Source of the DNA: Bacilli bacterium
GTDB taxonomy: Bacteria > Bacillota_I > Bacilli_A > RF39 > UBA660
Length of the DNA: 64,000 bases
Direction of reading: 5' to 3'
Assembly (NCBI GenBank): GCA_017438635.1
Contig: JAFRUZ010000016.1
Span: 8,627-72,626 of the forward strand
The notes beneath the pieces were generated by a model. The model saw only the letters and a list, made by a program, of their open reading frames with translations, was not told where the DNA came from and did not search any database. The position numbers and the translations under genes were made by a program. Below are positions 38,953 to 49,055 of the stretch, piece after piece. Position 1 is the first letter of the stretch. The number at the start of each line of letters is the position of its first letter.

Positions 38953-39912
38953 ATGAATAGAGAATTAAATAAATTAATAATAAAAGAATTATTGTTATCA
39001 AAACAAGTCTTTTTAGTGGCACATAATAATATAGATTTAGATGCTTTTGCTTCTATGGCAGGTTTTTCATTATTAGCTAAAAAGTATAAAAACAAAGTAT
39101 ACATAATAATAGATGATAAAGAAATAGAACCATCTACAAAATCAGCAATATTAGCAATGAAAAGCAAATTAAATATAGTAAGCTTAAAAGAAGCAGAATC
39201 ACTAATAAATAATAGATCAATACTATATGTATTAGATACTAATAAACAAAATAGAATTTGCGTAAAAGATATCTTAGATAGATTTAAAAAAGTAATAGTA
39301 ATTGATCATCACAGTAAGAATCCCGACACAATTAAAGATGCAAACGTGTATATAGATGAAAAAGCAACTTCTAGTTGTGAAATAGTAGCATCACTATTAC
39401 ATAGATTTAGAGTAAAAGTACCTAGAAGTTATGCAACAATTATGCTTGGGGGAATAGTTTTAGATACTAATAACTTTATGTATAAAATGACAAGAAATTC
39501 CTTTTATTACTGTTATTATTTATCTACAAAAGGAGCAGATATAAACGAAGCACAATTATACTTTAAACAAGATTTACAAGAGTATGTTAACAGATCAAAA
39601 ATAATAGCAAATACTGAAATAAAAGGAGAAATAGCTATAGCAACAGGAAAACAAGGAAGAATATATAAATCACCAGATTTAGCAAAAACAGCAGATCTTC
39701 TTCTAGAATTCAAAGGGATAAAAACATCTTTTGCTATAGGACATCTTGATGAAAACAAAGTAGGAATAAGCGTTAGATCAGTAGGTAAAATAAACGCTGG
39801 TAAACTAATGGAATACTTTGGCGGTGGTGGAAACAAAACAGAAGCAGCTGCCGTAGTAGAAAACAAAAGTTTAAAGAAAGTATATGAGGAGTTACAAGAA
39901 AAAATAAAATAG
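38953..39912 (+). CDS. Stand-alone DHH/DHHA1 phosphoesterase at the position of GdpP (YybT)
   Basis: 319 aa; DHH motif VIDHHSKN; DHHA1 region [12 protein letters not shown]; lies between rpsR and rplI, where Bacillus has the ~660-aa GdpP. Confidence 0.7.
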   Translation: MNRELNKLIIKELLLSKQVFLVAHNNIDLDAFASMAGFSLLAKKYKNKVYIIIDDKEIEPSTKSAILAMKSKLNIVSLKEAESLINNRSILYVLDTNKQNRICVKDILDRFKKVIVIDHHSKNPDTIKDANVYIDEKATSSCEIVASLLHRFRVKVPRSYATIMLGGIVLDTNNFMYKMTRNSFYYCYYLSTKGADINEAQLYFKQDLQEYVNRSKIIANTEIKGEIAIATGKQGRIYKSPDLAKTADLLLEFKGIKTSFAIGHLDENKVGISVRSVGKINAGKLMEYFGGGGNKTEAAAVVENKSLKKVYEELQEKIK

Positions 39913-39923
39913 AAGGTGATAAA

Positions 39924-40355
39924 ATGAAAATTATCTTTCTAAAAGATGTAAAAAATCAAGGAAAAAAAGGAGAACTAAAGGAAGTAAAAGATGGATATGC
40001 TAAATTCTTAATAAAAGAAGGAAAAGCAGTTCAACAAACTAAAGGTTCTTTAAAACACCTTGAAACAGAAAATGAAAAGAAAAGACAAGAAGATCAAAGA
40101 TTAACAGAAGAAGCCCAAAAAATAAAAAAACAACTAGAAAAAGAGAAAATATCATTTACAGTTAGAACTGGAGAAAAAGATAAAGTTTTTGGAAGTATAT
40201 CTGTTAAGCAAATAAAAGAAAAACTTGAAAAATATAAAATAGATAAAAAACAAATAATAATTAAGAATCCTATTTCTTCTCTAGGTTTCCATGAAGTAGA
40301 AATAGATTTGTATAAGGATATAAAGGCAAACCTAAAAATTGAAGTAAAAAAGTAG
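39924..40355 (+). CDS. rplI: 50S ribosomal protein L9
   Basis: 143 aa; [26 protein letters not shown]. Confidence 0.95.
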   Translation: MKIIFLKDVKNQGKKGELKEVKDGYAKFLIKEGKAVQQTKGSLKHLETENEKKRQEDQRLTEEAQKIKKQLEKEKISFTVRTGEKDKVFGSISVKQIKEKLEKYKIDKKQIIIKNPISSLGFHEVEIDLYKDIKANLKIEVKK

Positions 40356-41726
40356 GTGGTTTTTGTGAATAGAGAAATACCCAACAATATAGAGGCAGAA
40401 CAATCAGTTTTGGGAGCAATGCTTTTATCAAAGTATGCCCTTCAAACTGCTATAGAAATGCTTACTGATGAAAGTTTTTATTTAGATAAGCATGCTAAAA
40501 TATTTGATGCCTTAAAAAGTCTTACTGCAAAAGGTATTCCTGTAGATATAACAACATTAACAACAGAACTAAAAGACAAAAATACATTAAACGAAGTTGG
40601 AGGAGTAGAGTATTTAACAGAAATACTAGAAAGCACACCAACTTCTGCAAATATAGAACACTATATAAAAATAGTAGATGATAAAAGTATATTAAGAAAT
40701 TTAATAAAAGAAGCTACTAATATAGTAACAATGGGTTACAACAACGAAATACCAGTTAATGAAACATTAGATCAAGCAGAAAGTAAGATATTAAATGTAG
40801 TAAAAAACAGAAAATCTTCAGATGTAAAACAAATGACTGAAGTAATTGCAGACTTTCAAGAAAACTTAGAAAAATTAGCGAGTAATAAAGGAAAAATAAG
40901 TGGATTACCATCAGGATACTATGATTTAGATAACTTAACAGATGGTTTCCATAAGAATGAACTAATTATCTTAGCAGCACGTCCTGCTATGGGTAAAACA
41001 GCACTTGCTTTAAATATAGCGACAAATGTAGCATTAAAAAGTGGGAAATCAGTATTAATCTTCACTCTAGAAATGAGAGCTGAACAACTTCTATCTCGTA
41101 TGGTATCTTCTCTAGGACAAGTAGATGCTAGAAAACTACAAAATGGTTCACTTGATACTAGAGATTGGCAAAGAGTTAGCGAAGCACTAAGTCAACTTGG
41201 AGATAGTAATATATATATAGATGATTCTCCTGGAGTTACAATTGGAGATATAAAAGCAAAATCAAGAAGAATTGCTAGTACTGATGACAATTTAGGATTA
41301 ATAGTAATCGACTACTTAGGTTTAATAAGTAGTACAGGAAAATATGCGGGTAACAGACAACAAGAAGTTTCAGAAATCTCCAGAGCTTTAAAAACTCTAG
41401 CCTTAGAACTTGAAATACCAGTTATCTGTATAGCCCAACTTTCAAGAACACCAGAAACAAGAGAAGATAAAAGGCCAGTACTTAGTGATTTAAGAGAATC
41501 TGGTTCAATAGAACAAGATGCAGATATAGTAACATTCATATATCGTGATGATTACTATAATGAAAGTGCTAAAATAGATGATAATATGAGTATATCTGAA
41601 ATAATTGTTAGAAAGAATAGAAGTGGTAGAATAGGAACAGCTAAAGCATTATTCAAAAAGAACACTTTATCATTTATGAATTATAAAAATGAAGAAGTAA
41701 AGAAAGAAGTGATAGCTAGTGAGTAA
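40356..41726 (+). CDS. dnaB: Replicative DNA helicase (DnaB family; DnaC in Bacillus nomenclature)
   Basis: IEAEQSVLGAML; Walker A ARPAMGKTALAL; IVIDYLGLI. GTG 40365 behind AGGTGG is an alternative start. Confidence 0.95.
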   Translation: MVFVNREIPNNIEAEQSVLGAMLLSKYALQTAIEMLTDESFYLDKHAKIFDALKSLTAKGIPVDITTLTTELKDKNTLNEVGGVEYLTEILESTPTSANIEHYIKIVDDKSILRNLIKEATNIVTMGYNNEIPVNETLDQAESKILNVVKNRKSSDVKQMTEVIADFQENLEKLASNKGKISGLPSGYYDLDNLTDGFHKNELIILAARPAMGKTALALNIATNVALKSGKSVLIFTLEMRAEQLLSRMVSSLGQVDARKLQNGSLDTRDWQRVSEALSQLGDSNIYIDDSPGVTIGDIKAKSRRIASTDDNLGLIVIDYLGLISSTGKYAGNRQQEVSEISRALKTLALELEIPVICIAQLSRTPETREDKRPVLSDLRESGSIEQDADIVTFIYRDDYYNESAKIDDNMSISEIIVRKNRSGRIGTAKALFKKNTLSFMNYKNEEVKKEVIASE

Positions 41727-43251
41727 AGGAGCATCCATATTTTTAGGAATATGTGCTTTTGCCATAAGTATAATTATGGTAATTTTAGAGAGCACCTCTT
41801 ATATATATTACGATGCTAGAGATGTATATAGGGTATATCTAAATGGAGAATCTTTAGGATTAATAGAAAATAAAAAAGATTTAGAAAATTACATAAATAA
41901 AAATCAAGAAGCTATAAAAAGAAAATATAATGTAAAAAATGTATATATTCCTAATGGTTTAAAAATAGAAAAAGAAACAACATATAATGAAAAAATAGAA
42001 AAAGTAGAAAGTATATACAATAAAATATCTAATCAAGAAGATTTCACTATAAACGGATATACTGTAACTATTTCTGATATAAAAACAACAAAGAATAAAG
42101 ATAATGATAAGAAAGAAACTCAAAAAATAAAAGAATATTTATATTTACTAGATGAAGATATTTTAGAAAAAGCAGTTAACGATGTAGTAAAATCATTTGT
42201 TAATGAAAAACAATATCAAGATTATCTTAATGAAGTAAAAAAAGATCAAACAGCTATTGGTACAATAATTGAAAATGTTTATTTAAAAGAACAAATATCA
42301 ATTAAAAAAAGTAAAATACCAGCAAATAGTACAATATATAGTGATAGTAATGAATTAGCTAAATACTTATTATTTGGTACAAATGAAAAAAATAAAACAT
42401 ATAAGGTAAAATCTGGAGATAATGTTAAGAATATTGCTTATGATAATAAGATGTCTACAACAGAATTATTAATAGCAAACCAAAGTATAAAAGACGAAAA
42501 CTCTTTATTATATCCAGGACAAGAAGTAGTAATAAGTTACATCAAACCAGTAATAACCATTATTGAAGAAACACATTCAGTAAAAAAAGAAAAAATTAGA
42601 TATAAGACAATAGAACAAAAAGACAGTAGTATGTACAGTGGAACTTCTAAAGTAATTCAAAAAGGCCAAAAAGGTGAAAGTAAAGTAACTAGAAAAATTG
42701 AAAAACACAATGGTAAGATAACACAAGCGTTAATCGTTAACACTGAAGTGCTAAAAGACCCAGTAAATAAAATAGTTAAAATAGGTACTAAAGCATCATC
42801 TTCTAGTGGTAGTGGTTATTATACTGGACCTATTGGACCTGCCAATATAAGTGGAGACTGGGCTTGGCCAACAGTAAGAAATTATACAATTACTGAATAT
42901 TGGGGTTATGGTCTTCGTTCAGATATCGGTGAAAGTTCAAGCAGAATGCACGATGGTATAGATATCGCAGGTTTAGGATGTGGTTCACCAATATATGCTG
43001 CTAATAACGGTACAGTTATTTATGCAAGTTGGTACCCTGGTTATGGTAACTACATAGAAATAAATCACGGTAATGGAATTATAACATTCTATGGCCACTT
43101 ACAAAGTATATATGTTTCAAAAGGTAGTACAGTTTCAAAAGGACAAAATATTGCAGCAATGGGTAATACAGGATATTCTTATGGTTGTCACTTGCACTTT
43201 GGTATGAGATATAATGGATCATCTGCAAACCCATTATCACTTTATAAATAA
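41719..43251 (+). CDS. Membrane-anchored M23 peptidase with LysM and G5-like domains
   Basis: 510 aa; N-terminal TM; LysM YKVKSGDNVKNIAYDN...; G5-like IRYKTIEQKDSSMYSGTSKVIQKGQKGE; LytM motifs HDGIDIAG and CHLHFGMRYNG. Confidence 0.8.
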   Translation: MSKGASIFLGICAFAISIIMVILESTSYIYYDARDVYRVYLNGESLGLIENKKDLENYINKNQEAIKRKYNVKNVYIPNGLKIEKETTYNEKIEKVESIYNKISNQEDFTINGYTVTISDIKTTKNKDNDKKETQKIKEYLYLLDEDILEKAVNDVVKSFVNEKQYQDYLNEVKKDQTAIGTIIENVYLKEQISIKKSKIPANSTIYSDSNELAKYLLFGTNEKNKTYKVKSGDNVKNIAYDNKMSTTELLIANQSIKDENSLLYPGQEVVISYIKPVITIIEETHSVKKEKIRYKTIEQKDSSMYSGTSKVIQKGQKGESKVTRKIEKHNGKITQALIVNTEVLKDPVNKIVKIGTKASSSSGSGYYTGPIGPANISGDWAWPTVRNYTITEYWGYGLRSDIGESSSRMHDGIDIAGLGCGSPIYAANNGTVIYASWYPGYGNYIEINHGNGIITFYGHLQSIYVSKGSTVSKGQNIAAMGNTGYSYGCHLHFGMRYNGSSANPLSLYK

Positions 43252-43985
43252 TGAAAATAACAAATTTAGCAAGTGGTTCAAAAGGTAATTCAACCTTAAT
43301 AGAACTAAATAATAAAAATATCTTAATAGATATAGGTCTTCCTCTTTCTAATTTAGAAAAAAGATTGGGAAGACCTTTTCCAAAGATAGATATATTATTA
43401 ATAACTCATACCCATACCGATCATATAAAAGGAATAAAAACAATCGTAAGAAAACAAAATCCTAGGATATATACTTTAGAAAATGAACTTCAAGAAAAAG
43501 TAGACTCAAAAAAAATAAGTAATGAATCAGAAATAATAGAAGATGATTTGTATATAAAACTATTTAATCTTTCTCATGATGTACCTTGTTCCGGAGTATA
43601 TCTAAAATACAAAGATAAAGAATTAGTATATATAACAGATACTGGATATATAAAAGATAAAATAATAAAAGAATATCAAAACAAAGATATTTATATTATA
43701 GAAAGTAATTATGAAGAAGAATTATTAAGAAATGGTAAGTATCCATATCACTTAAAACAAAGAATAAGAAGTGATAGAGGACACATTTCAAATGAAGATA
43801 GTTGTAAGTATTTAAAAAAACTAATTGGGAATAAGACAAAACATATAGCACTTGCTCATCTAAGTGAAGAAAACAATACCCCTGAGGCAGTAGAAGAAAG
43901 AATAAATAAATTACTTAAGGAAATCAAATATAAACCAAAAAAGACAATATTAAATCAAGAAAATATAAATGTAATAGAGGTATAA
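43251..43985 (+). CDS. MBL-fold metallo-hydrolase (YycJ/WalJ-like)
   Basis: 244 aa; THTHTDHIKG motif; precedes rlmH, as in Bacillus. Confidence 0.8.
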   Translation: MKITNLASGSKGNSTLIELNNKNILIDIGLPLSNLEKRLGRPFPKIDILLITHTHTDHIKGIKTIVRKQNPRIYTLENELQEKVDSKKISNESEIIEDDLYIKLFNLSHDVPCSGVYLKYKDKELVYITDTGYIKDKIIKEYQNKDIYIIESNYEEELLRNGKYPYHLKQRIRSDRGHISNEDSCKYLKKLIGNKTKHIALAHLSEENNTPEAVEERINKLLKEIKYKPKKTILNQENINVIEV

Positions 43986-43986
43986 A

Positions 43987-44436
43987 ATGATAAAAATAAT
44001 TTGTTTAGGAAGTATAAAAGAAAAATATATACAAGAAGCTATAAAAGAATATGAAAAAAGGTTATCAAAGTATACAAAACTAGAAATAATAGAATTAAAA
44101 GATGAAAAAGATACTGCTAATCCTTTAAAAAAAGAAAAAGAAAACATTCTAAAACATATTCATGATAAAGACAATATAGTCATTTTAGACATAAAAGGAC
44201 AAGAACTAACTAGTGAAGAGTTTTCAAGTTTTATAAACAAAGAACTAACTAACAACAGTAATATTACGTTTATTATAGGATCTTCAACTGGTTTAGATGA
44301 AGAAATAAAAGAAATGAGTAATAAAAAAATATCTTTCTCAAAACTAACGTTTCCTCATCAATTATTCAGAGTTGTTTTATTAGAACAAATATACAGAGGT
44401 TTTAAAATAATAAATAATGAAACATATCATAAATAG
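43987..44436 (+). CDS. rlmH: 23S rRNA (pseudouridine1915-N3)-methyltransferase RlmH
   Basis: 149 aa SPOUT protein; FIIGSSTGLDEE...FSKLTFPHQLFRVVLLEQIYRGFKI. Confidence 0.9.
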   Translation: MIKIICLGSIKEKYIQEAIKEYEKRLSKYTKLEIIELKDEKDTANPLKKEKENILKHIHDKDNIVILDIKGQELTSEEFSSFINKELTNNSNITFIIGSSTGLDEEIKEMSNKKISFSKLTFPHQLFRVVLLEQIYRGFKIINNETYHK

Positions 44437-44455
44437 GCAATAGCCTATTTTTTAG
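44433..44455 (+). terminator. Intrinsic terminator of rlmH
   Basis: ATAGGC-aata-GCCTAT followed by TTTTTT. Confidence 0.55.
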
Positions 44456-44461
44456 TTAAAA

Positions 44462-44490
44462 TTGACAAGTAAATATATATATAATATAAT
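44462..44490 (+). promoter_or_regulatory. Consensus sigma-A promoter (TTGACA - 17 nt - TATAAT)
   Basis: TTGACA at 44462-44467 and TATAAT at 44485-44490. Confidence 0.7.
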
Positions 44491-44522
44491 AAAAAGTCAT
44501 ATAAAAAAGGAAGGAAGATAGT

Positions 44523-45437
44523 ATGGCTGTAAGTGAAGAGTTATATAATAAAATTAAAGAAAATGTGCAAGAATATGTTGAACAAAACAGTAATAAAACA
44601 CCCAGAGAAAGAGTAGTAAAGATAATTACTAACGACATTTGTGATGAAACAAAAAGTTCAATACGTTACTGCACGCCAAAACAAACAGAGGCATATAGAA
44701 AACTTATGGGACTAAACAAAAATGGTGAAAGACAAAGTTATGCAGAAGTTTCAAAAGAACTAAGAAAGAAAAATATAAGAGACTTAACACGATTAGCCAC
44801 ATTAAATGTAATCAGAGGGGTCGGTTTTGACGAAGAATATGAAATTCATGCAATGTGTATCAGGAAAGACATAGGATATGATAAAAACAAATATATTATT
44901 CTTCCAGAAGAAATACCACTAGAAAAACTTATATTTTATAATAAAAGAATAAATACTAACAAAACATTAAAAGACTTGTTAGAATTGACAGAAGAAGACG
45001 CATTAAGAGTAATATATTTATCAATCAAAGCATCAACAACAGATTGGAATGAGAATTTTGAAAGCAGAATGCGTAGTATAAAGAAGACAATAACTCTAGT
45101 TCATATGCTAGGCTATGTTTTTAAAGGAGAAAAAGGATATATAGAACAACAAATGGGGCTACAAGAAATAAGAAGGAGAATCAAAGACACAAACATAAAA
45201 AATGAAGATATAAATAACAATATAAACCAAAGAAATGAATTGATAGACTGTCATGAAAGTTTGGGTAAAGAATATATGAAACTAAAACAAGAAGGAGCAA
45301 TGTTACTTGATAAAAAGCAAGAATTAGAAGAACAAATTAAAATAAACAGTCTTAAATTGAGAGCAACAGTAGAAGAATTACTAGAAACAGAAAGAAACCT
45401 AATAGATGAAGAAATAAAAATAAGAAAAAGATTTTAA
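44523..45437 (+). CDS. Hypothetical DNA-binding-like protein: sigma-region-4-like HTH, HhH-like segment, coiled-coil tail
   Basis: 304 aa. TPKQTEAYRKLMGL..ERQSYAEVSKEL resembles sigma70 region 4/LuxR HTH. LKDLLELTEEDALRV resembles the RpoA-CTD HhH. The C-terminal ~90 aa are heptad-like. These are similarities judged by eye. Confidence 0.5.
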   Translation: MAVSEELYNKIKENVQEYVEQNSNKTPRERVVKIITNDICDETKSSIRYCTPKQTEAYRKLMGLNKNGERQSYAEVSKELRKKNIRDLTRLATLNVIRGVGFDEEYEIHAMCIRKDIGYDKNKYIILPEEIPLEKLIFYNKRINTNKTLKDLLELTEEDALRVIYLSIKASTTDWNENFESRMRSIKKTITLVHMLGYVFKGEKGYIEQQMGLQEIRRRIKDTNIKNEDINNNINQRNELIDCHESLGKEYMKLKQEGAMLLDKKQELEEQIKINSLKLRATVEELLETERNLIDEEIKIRKRF

Positions 45438-45439
45438 TA

Positions 45440-45468
45440 AAAACATAGAAATATCTATGTTTTTTTTC
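45440..45468 (+). terminator. Intrinsic terminator
   Basis: AACATAG-aaatat-CTATGTT followed by TTTTTTT; overlaps the track start of the next ORF. Confidence 0.7.
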
Positions 45469-45489
45469 ATACAATTTAATGGTGATATA

Positions 45490-46749
45490 TTGGAAATAAT
45501 AAATAAAATACTTTGGAGTATAGCAATAAGCATAATTATAATAAATAGCATCTATTTTTCAATAAAATTAAAGTATCCTCAGTTTAAAATTATTAATACA
45601 ATAAAAAGTATAAAAAAAAGTAAAAAGAATAATGATATATCTCCTAAAGACACATTAGTAATAGCGCTATCTTCAAAAATTGGAGTAGGATCTTTATCAG
45701 GAACAGCACTTTCAATCCATTATGGTGGAATAGGAACAGTATTTTGGATGTTATTATCTACATTTTTATTATCAATAATAAACTATATAGAAAATGCCTT
45801 AGCTATTATTTATAAAGAAAAAAATATAAGTGGACCTCAGTATTACATAAAAAAAGGCTTAAATAACAAAGTATTAAGTATTTCCTATTCTATAATTGTT
45901 CTAATACTATATATATTTCTTTTTTCCTCTATCCAAAGTAATACAATAACTACATTAACAAACGAAACATATCATATAAATAAAGTATTAATTTCATTAA
46001 TAATAACAAGTGCAACATTTATAACAATTACAAAAGGAATAAAAGGAATATCAAAAGCATGTAATAAATTATTTTCAATTATGATGACAATGTTTATCTT
46101 GCTTGGGGTATTAGTAATTATAAAAAATCTAAAAGAAATACCATATATAGCATATCTAATAACAACAAATGCCTTTAATAGTAAATCAATAAAAGGAGGA
46201 TTGATCAGTACAGTAATAATCTCCTTTCAAAAAACAGTATTTGCTAATGAAGCTGGAGTAGGAACAAGTGCCATTATATCTGGCTCAACATCTAGTAATG
46301 ACTATCATTTACAAGCAAAAATAGGAATAATTCAAACATATTTTATAAATTTTATAGTATTATTAATAACTTCACTAATAATAATAACTTCAAAAACAAG
46401 TAATCTTAATATCATCAATGGTATAGAATTAACAAAAGAAGCATTCTCTTACCACTTTGGACCATTTGGAGAACAACTTTTGCTAATTATACTTACACTT
46501 TTTTCTTTTTCTACACTTATAACCATATATTATTATGGAGAAAGTAGCTTAACTTTTCTTACAAAGAATAATAAAGTATTAAATATATTAAAATATATAA
46601 CACTTATTTCTATATTTATTGGAGGAATAATAAAAGCAACAATGATATGGTCTTTAATAGATATATTTTTAGCAATGCTTACGATAATAAACATGTATTC
46701 TATATATAAATTAAAGAATATAATAATACTAAAATTATCAAAAAAATGA
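45490..46749 (+). CDS. Alanine/glycine:cation symporter (AGCS family)
   Basis: FANEAGVGTSAI motif; ~11 TM segments. I prefer the TTG start at 45490 behind GGTGA, because the track ATG 45457 lies inside the upstream terminator. Confidence 0.8.
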   Translation: MEIINKILWSIAISIIIINSIYFSIKLKYPQFKIINTIKSIKKSKKNNDISPKDTLVIALSSKIGVGSLSGTALSIHYGGIGTVFWMLLSTFLLSIINYIENALAIIYKEKNISGPQYYIKKGLNNKVLSISYSIIVLILYIFLFSSIQSNTITTLTNETYHINKVLISLIITSATFITITKGIKGISKACNKLFSIMMTMFILLGVLVIIKNLKEIPYIAYLITTNAFNSKSIKGGLISTVIISFQKTVFANEAGVGTSAIISGSTSSNDYHLQAKIGIIQTYFINFIVLLITSLIIITSKTSNLNIINGIELTKEAFSYHFGPFGEQLLLIILTLFSFSTLITIYYYGESSLTFLTKNNKVLNILKYITLISIFIGGIIKATMIWSLIDIFLAMLTIINMYSIYKLKNIIILKLSKK

Positions 46750-46773
46750 TATAATTAACCCATAGGTGAGTTT

Positions 46774-47436
46774 ATGATAACTGAAAAATGGGATAAAATA
46801 TTAAAAGAAGAATATGAAAAAGATTATTTTTACGATTTATTAAAAAAACTACAAATAGAGTATAGAGATAAAACTGTATTTCCCCCTAAAAAAGAAGTTT
46901 TTAAAGCAATGAGATTAACGGACTATGATGATATAAAAGTAGTAATAATAGGACAAGATCCATATCATGGGACAGGAGAAGCAGAAGGATTATCATTTTC
47001 TGTTAAGGATGGTATAAGAAAACCACCATCTTTAAAGAACCTTTTTAAGGAATTACACGACGATTTAGGTTATAATGAACCAGATAGTGGTTCTCTCGTA
47101 AAATGGGCAAAAGAAGGGGTTCTATTATTAAACGCTATCTTAACTGTAGAAAAAGATAAACCATTATCTCATAAAAAACTTGGTTGGGAACGTTTTACTG
47201 ATGAAGTAATAAGAAAAATAAATGAGAAAGACACACCAGTAGTATTTATACTTTGGGGTAGCTTTGCAAGAAGTAAAAAAGAGTTGATAACTAACCCAAT
47301 TCACTACGTAATAGAATCAACTCATCCATCACCATTTTCTGCTAGATATGGTTTCTTTGGAAGCAAACCTTTTTCCAAAACAAATAACTTTTTAATATCA
47401 AAAAAAATTAGTCCAGTTAATTTTAAACTAGACTAA
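46774..47436 (+). CDS. ung: Uracil-DNA glycosylase
   Basis: 220 aa; GQDPYHG and HPSPFSA motifs. Confidence 0.96.
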   Translation: MITEKWDKILKEEYEKDYFYDLLKKLQIEYRDKTVFPPKKEVFKAMRLTDYDDIKVVIIGQDPYHGTGEAEGLSFSVKDGIRKPPSLKNLFKELHDDLGYNEPDSGSLVKWAKEGVLLLNAILTVEKDKPLSHKKLGWERFTDEVIRKINEKDTPVVFILWGSFARSKKELITNPIHYVIESTHPSPFSARYGFFGSKPFSKTNNFLISKKISPVNFKLD

Positions 47437-47933
47437 TTTTTAAATATTTCATATTCTTCAAGTTTTCTTATTTTAAAAGATTTATATCCTTCAAACTTAA
47501 GAAGTTTAAACACTTTATTTAATCCTTTTTTAAAAAATATTTCATTATAATTTAATGCATTAGTATTATAGAAGTCTTTAAGTCCATCAAGGCTTTCTTC
47601 CATAGCACTTAATTCACGAGCATCATCTTTAAGTTTTTTATTATTTGATTCTTTAATATATTTATTAATCTCAAAACTAATATTAAAAAGGGCATCTTCT
47701 CTTTCATATAAAGTACTATCTTTATCATATTCAAAACTACTCTTTAGTTTTTCATTTTTAATCTTTTTTAGTATCTTTTCAACCAATTCTAGTTTTGAAT
47801 TCAATAATTCATCTATACTAAGAGCACATGTTTCAATAGATTCCTTGATATCTTTTAGTTTAAAATAATTAAATAATACTATAAAAAATAATATTACTAA
47901 TAACAGAATGATAAGGCCAATAACATATATCAT
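47433..47933 (-). CDS. LemA-like membrane protein
   Basis: 166 aa; N-terminal TM; the C-terminal FYNTNALNYNEIFFKKG resembles the LemA YN..V..YN motif. Confidence 0.45.
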   Translation of the reverse strand: MIYVIGLIILLLVILFFIVLFNYFKLKDIKESIETCALSIDELLNSKLELVEKILKKIKNEKLKSSFEYDKDSTLYEREDALFNISFEINKYIKESNNKKLKDDARELSAMEESLDGLKDFYNTNALNYNEIFFKKGLNKVFKLLKFEGYKSFKIRKLEEYEIFKN

Positions 47934-47986
47934 AATATCACCTATTATAATTTTAACACAAAAAAAAGAACTTTTAAATAAAAATA

Positions 47987-48538
47987 TTAGTTCTTTTTAT
48001 ATCTTCTTAAAACATTATTACAAGCAACTTCTTGTCCATTATCTAGGGCATCATGCATAAATTGTTCATGTAAATCAAACAACAAGTATTTTATATGTTC
48101 CTTTCCTTCAACAAAAATTACCTTATTATTTTTCTCAAAAGCAGTTCTATCTTCAACAGGTATATGAATTTCTTTGCATGATTCTATATCAATATATTTA
48201 TCAAATTCAGCAGCATTATCATCACGTTTTACTTTCATTTCACATCCGTATTCAGTATAAAATGTACCAAGATATAAATATATACCATTAGTTTCATCTA
48301 CTAAACCTTTATTTTCAAAATCATATAAAGTTTCTACAAAGATTTCATCTGTAAGCCACATATTCTCTTCTTCAATTTCAATTTGCTTACAAAGATCAAT
48401 ATAATCCTTAACCAATTGGTTGTTTTCTAAAATACTCTTTCTTGTCATTAAAACTTCTAAGCGCTTATATGTTTCTTTTTTTTCTTGCATTTTTGTATTA
48501 TATTCTTTCCTAAAATCTTTTAATAAATCTTCCTTCAT
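47987..48538 (-). CDS. Hypothetical protein
   Basis: Start placed at ATG 48538 (MKEDLLKDFRKE) behind AAAGGA; the track start at 48598 adds 20 hydrophobic residues. Confidence 0.5.
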   Translation of the reverse strand: MKEDLLKDFRKEYNTKMQEKKETYKRLEVLMTRKSILENNQLVKDYIDLCKQIEIEEENMWLTDEIFVETLYDFENKGLVDETNGIYLYLGTFYTEYGCEMKVKRDDNAAEFDKYIDIESCKEIHIPVEDRTAFEKNNKVIFVEGKEHIKYLLFDLHEQFMHDALDNGQEVACNNVLRRYKKN

Positions 48539-48612
48539 AAAATCAGTCCTTTCAAGAGATACTACATATTGTAACACAAAAAAAGAAATTGTGAACAAAT
48601 TTCTTAATAAAT

Positions 48613-48963
48613 TTAAATAATTTTATAATTAATCTCTTCATCAAAAACAATGTAATCTAAATAAATAGATAAAAGTAAATACCATTTTCCAGTTTTTGGA
48701 TCACTGACAACAAAGTGATCTCTAGCAGCCTGTTCTATAACACCAGTAAAAATTTTGTCTTTCCACTCACCAGCATCTGGGAACGTCATATAAAAACTAG
48801 CAATTTTACCCTTATTCATTCTAAGAATGTTCTCTACATATGATTGTTCCAAAGTAAGCTCTGTAGGAACAGAGCTATTTATAGTAGGATTTCCTGTACT
48901 ACCTGTAACATTGTTATATCCTAAATTAGGATTAGCATTTGGATTAAAGTAACTATTATTCAT
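48613..48963 (-). CDS. gerQ: Spore coat protein GerQ-like
   Basis: 116 aa; QSYVENILRMNKGK..SFYMTF...FTGVIEQAARDHFVVSDPKTGKWYLLLSIYLDYIVFDEEI matches the GerQ/YwdL core as I recall it. Confidence 0.65.
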   Translation of the reverse strand: MNNSYFNPNANPNLGYNNVTGSTGNPTINSSVPTELTLEQSYVENILRMNKGKIASFYMTFPDAGEWKDKIFTGVIEQAARDHFVVSDPKTGKWYLLLSIYLDYIVFDEEINYKII

Positions 48964-49055
48964 AAAAAATCATCTCCAGTAAATCATATGAAAAGAGAAT
49001 ATAAATATACTAGAAACATTTTAAAAAATAAGTTATAATTAATTTGGTGATGCAT

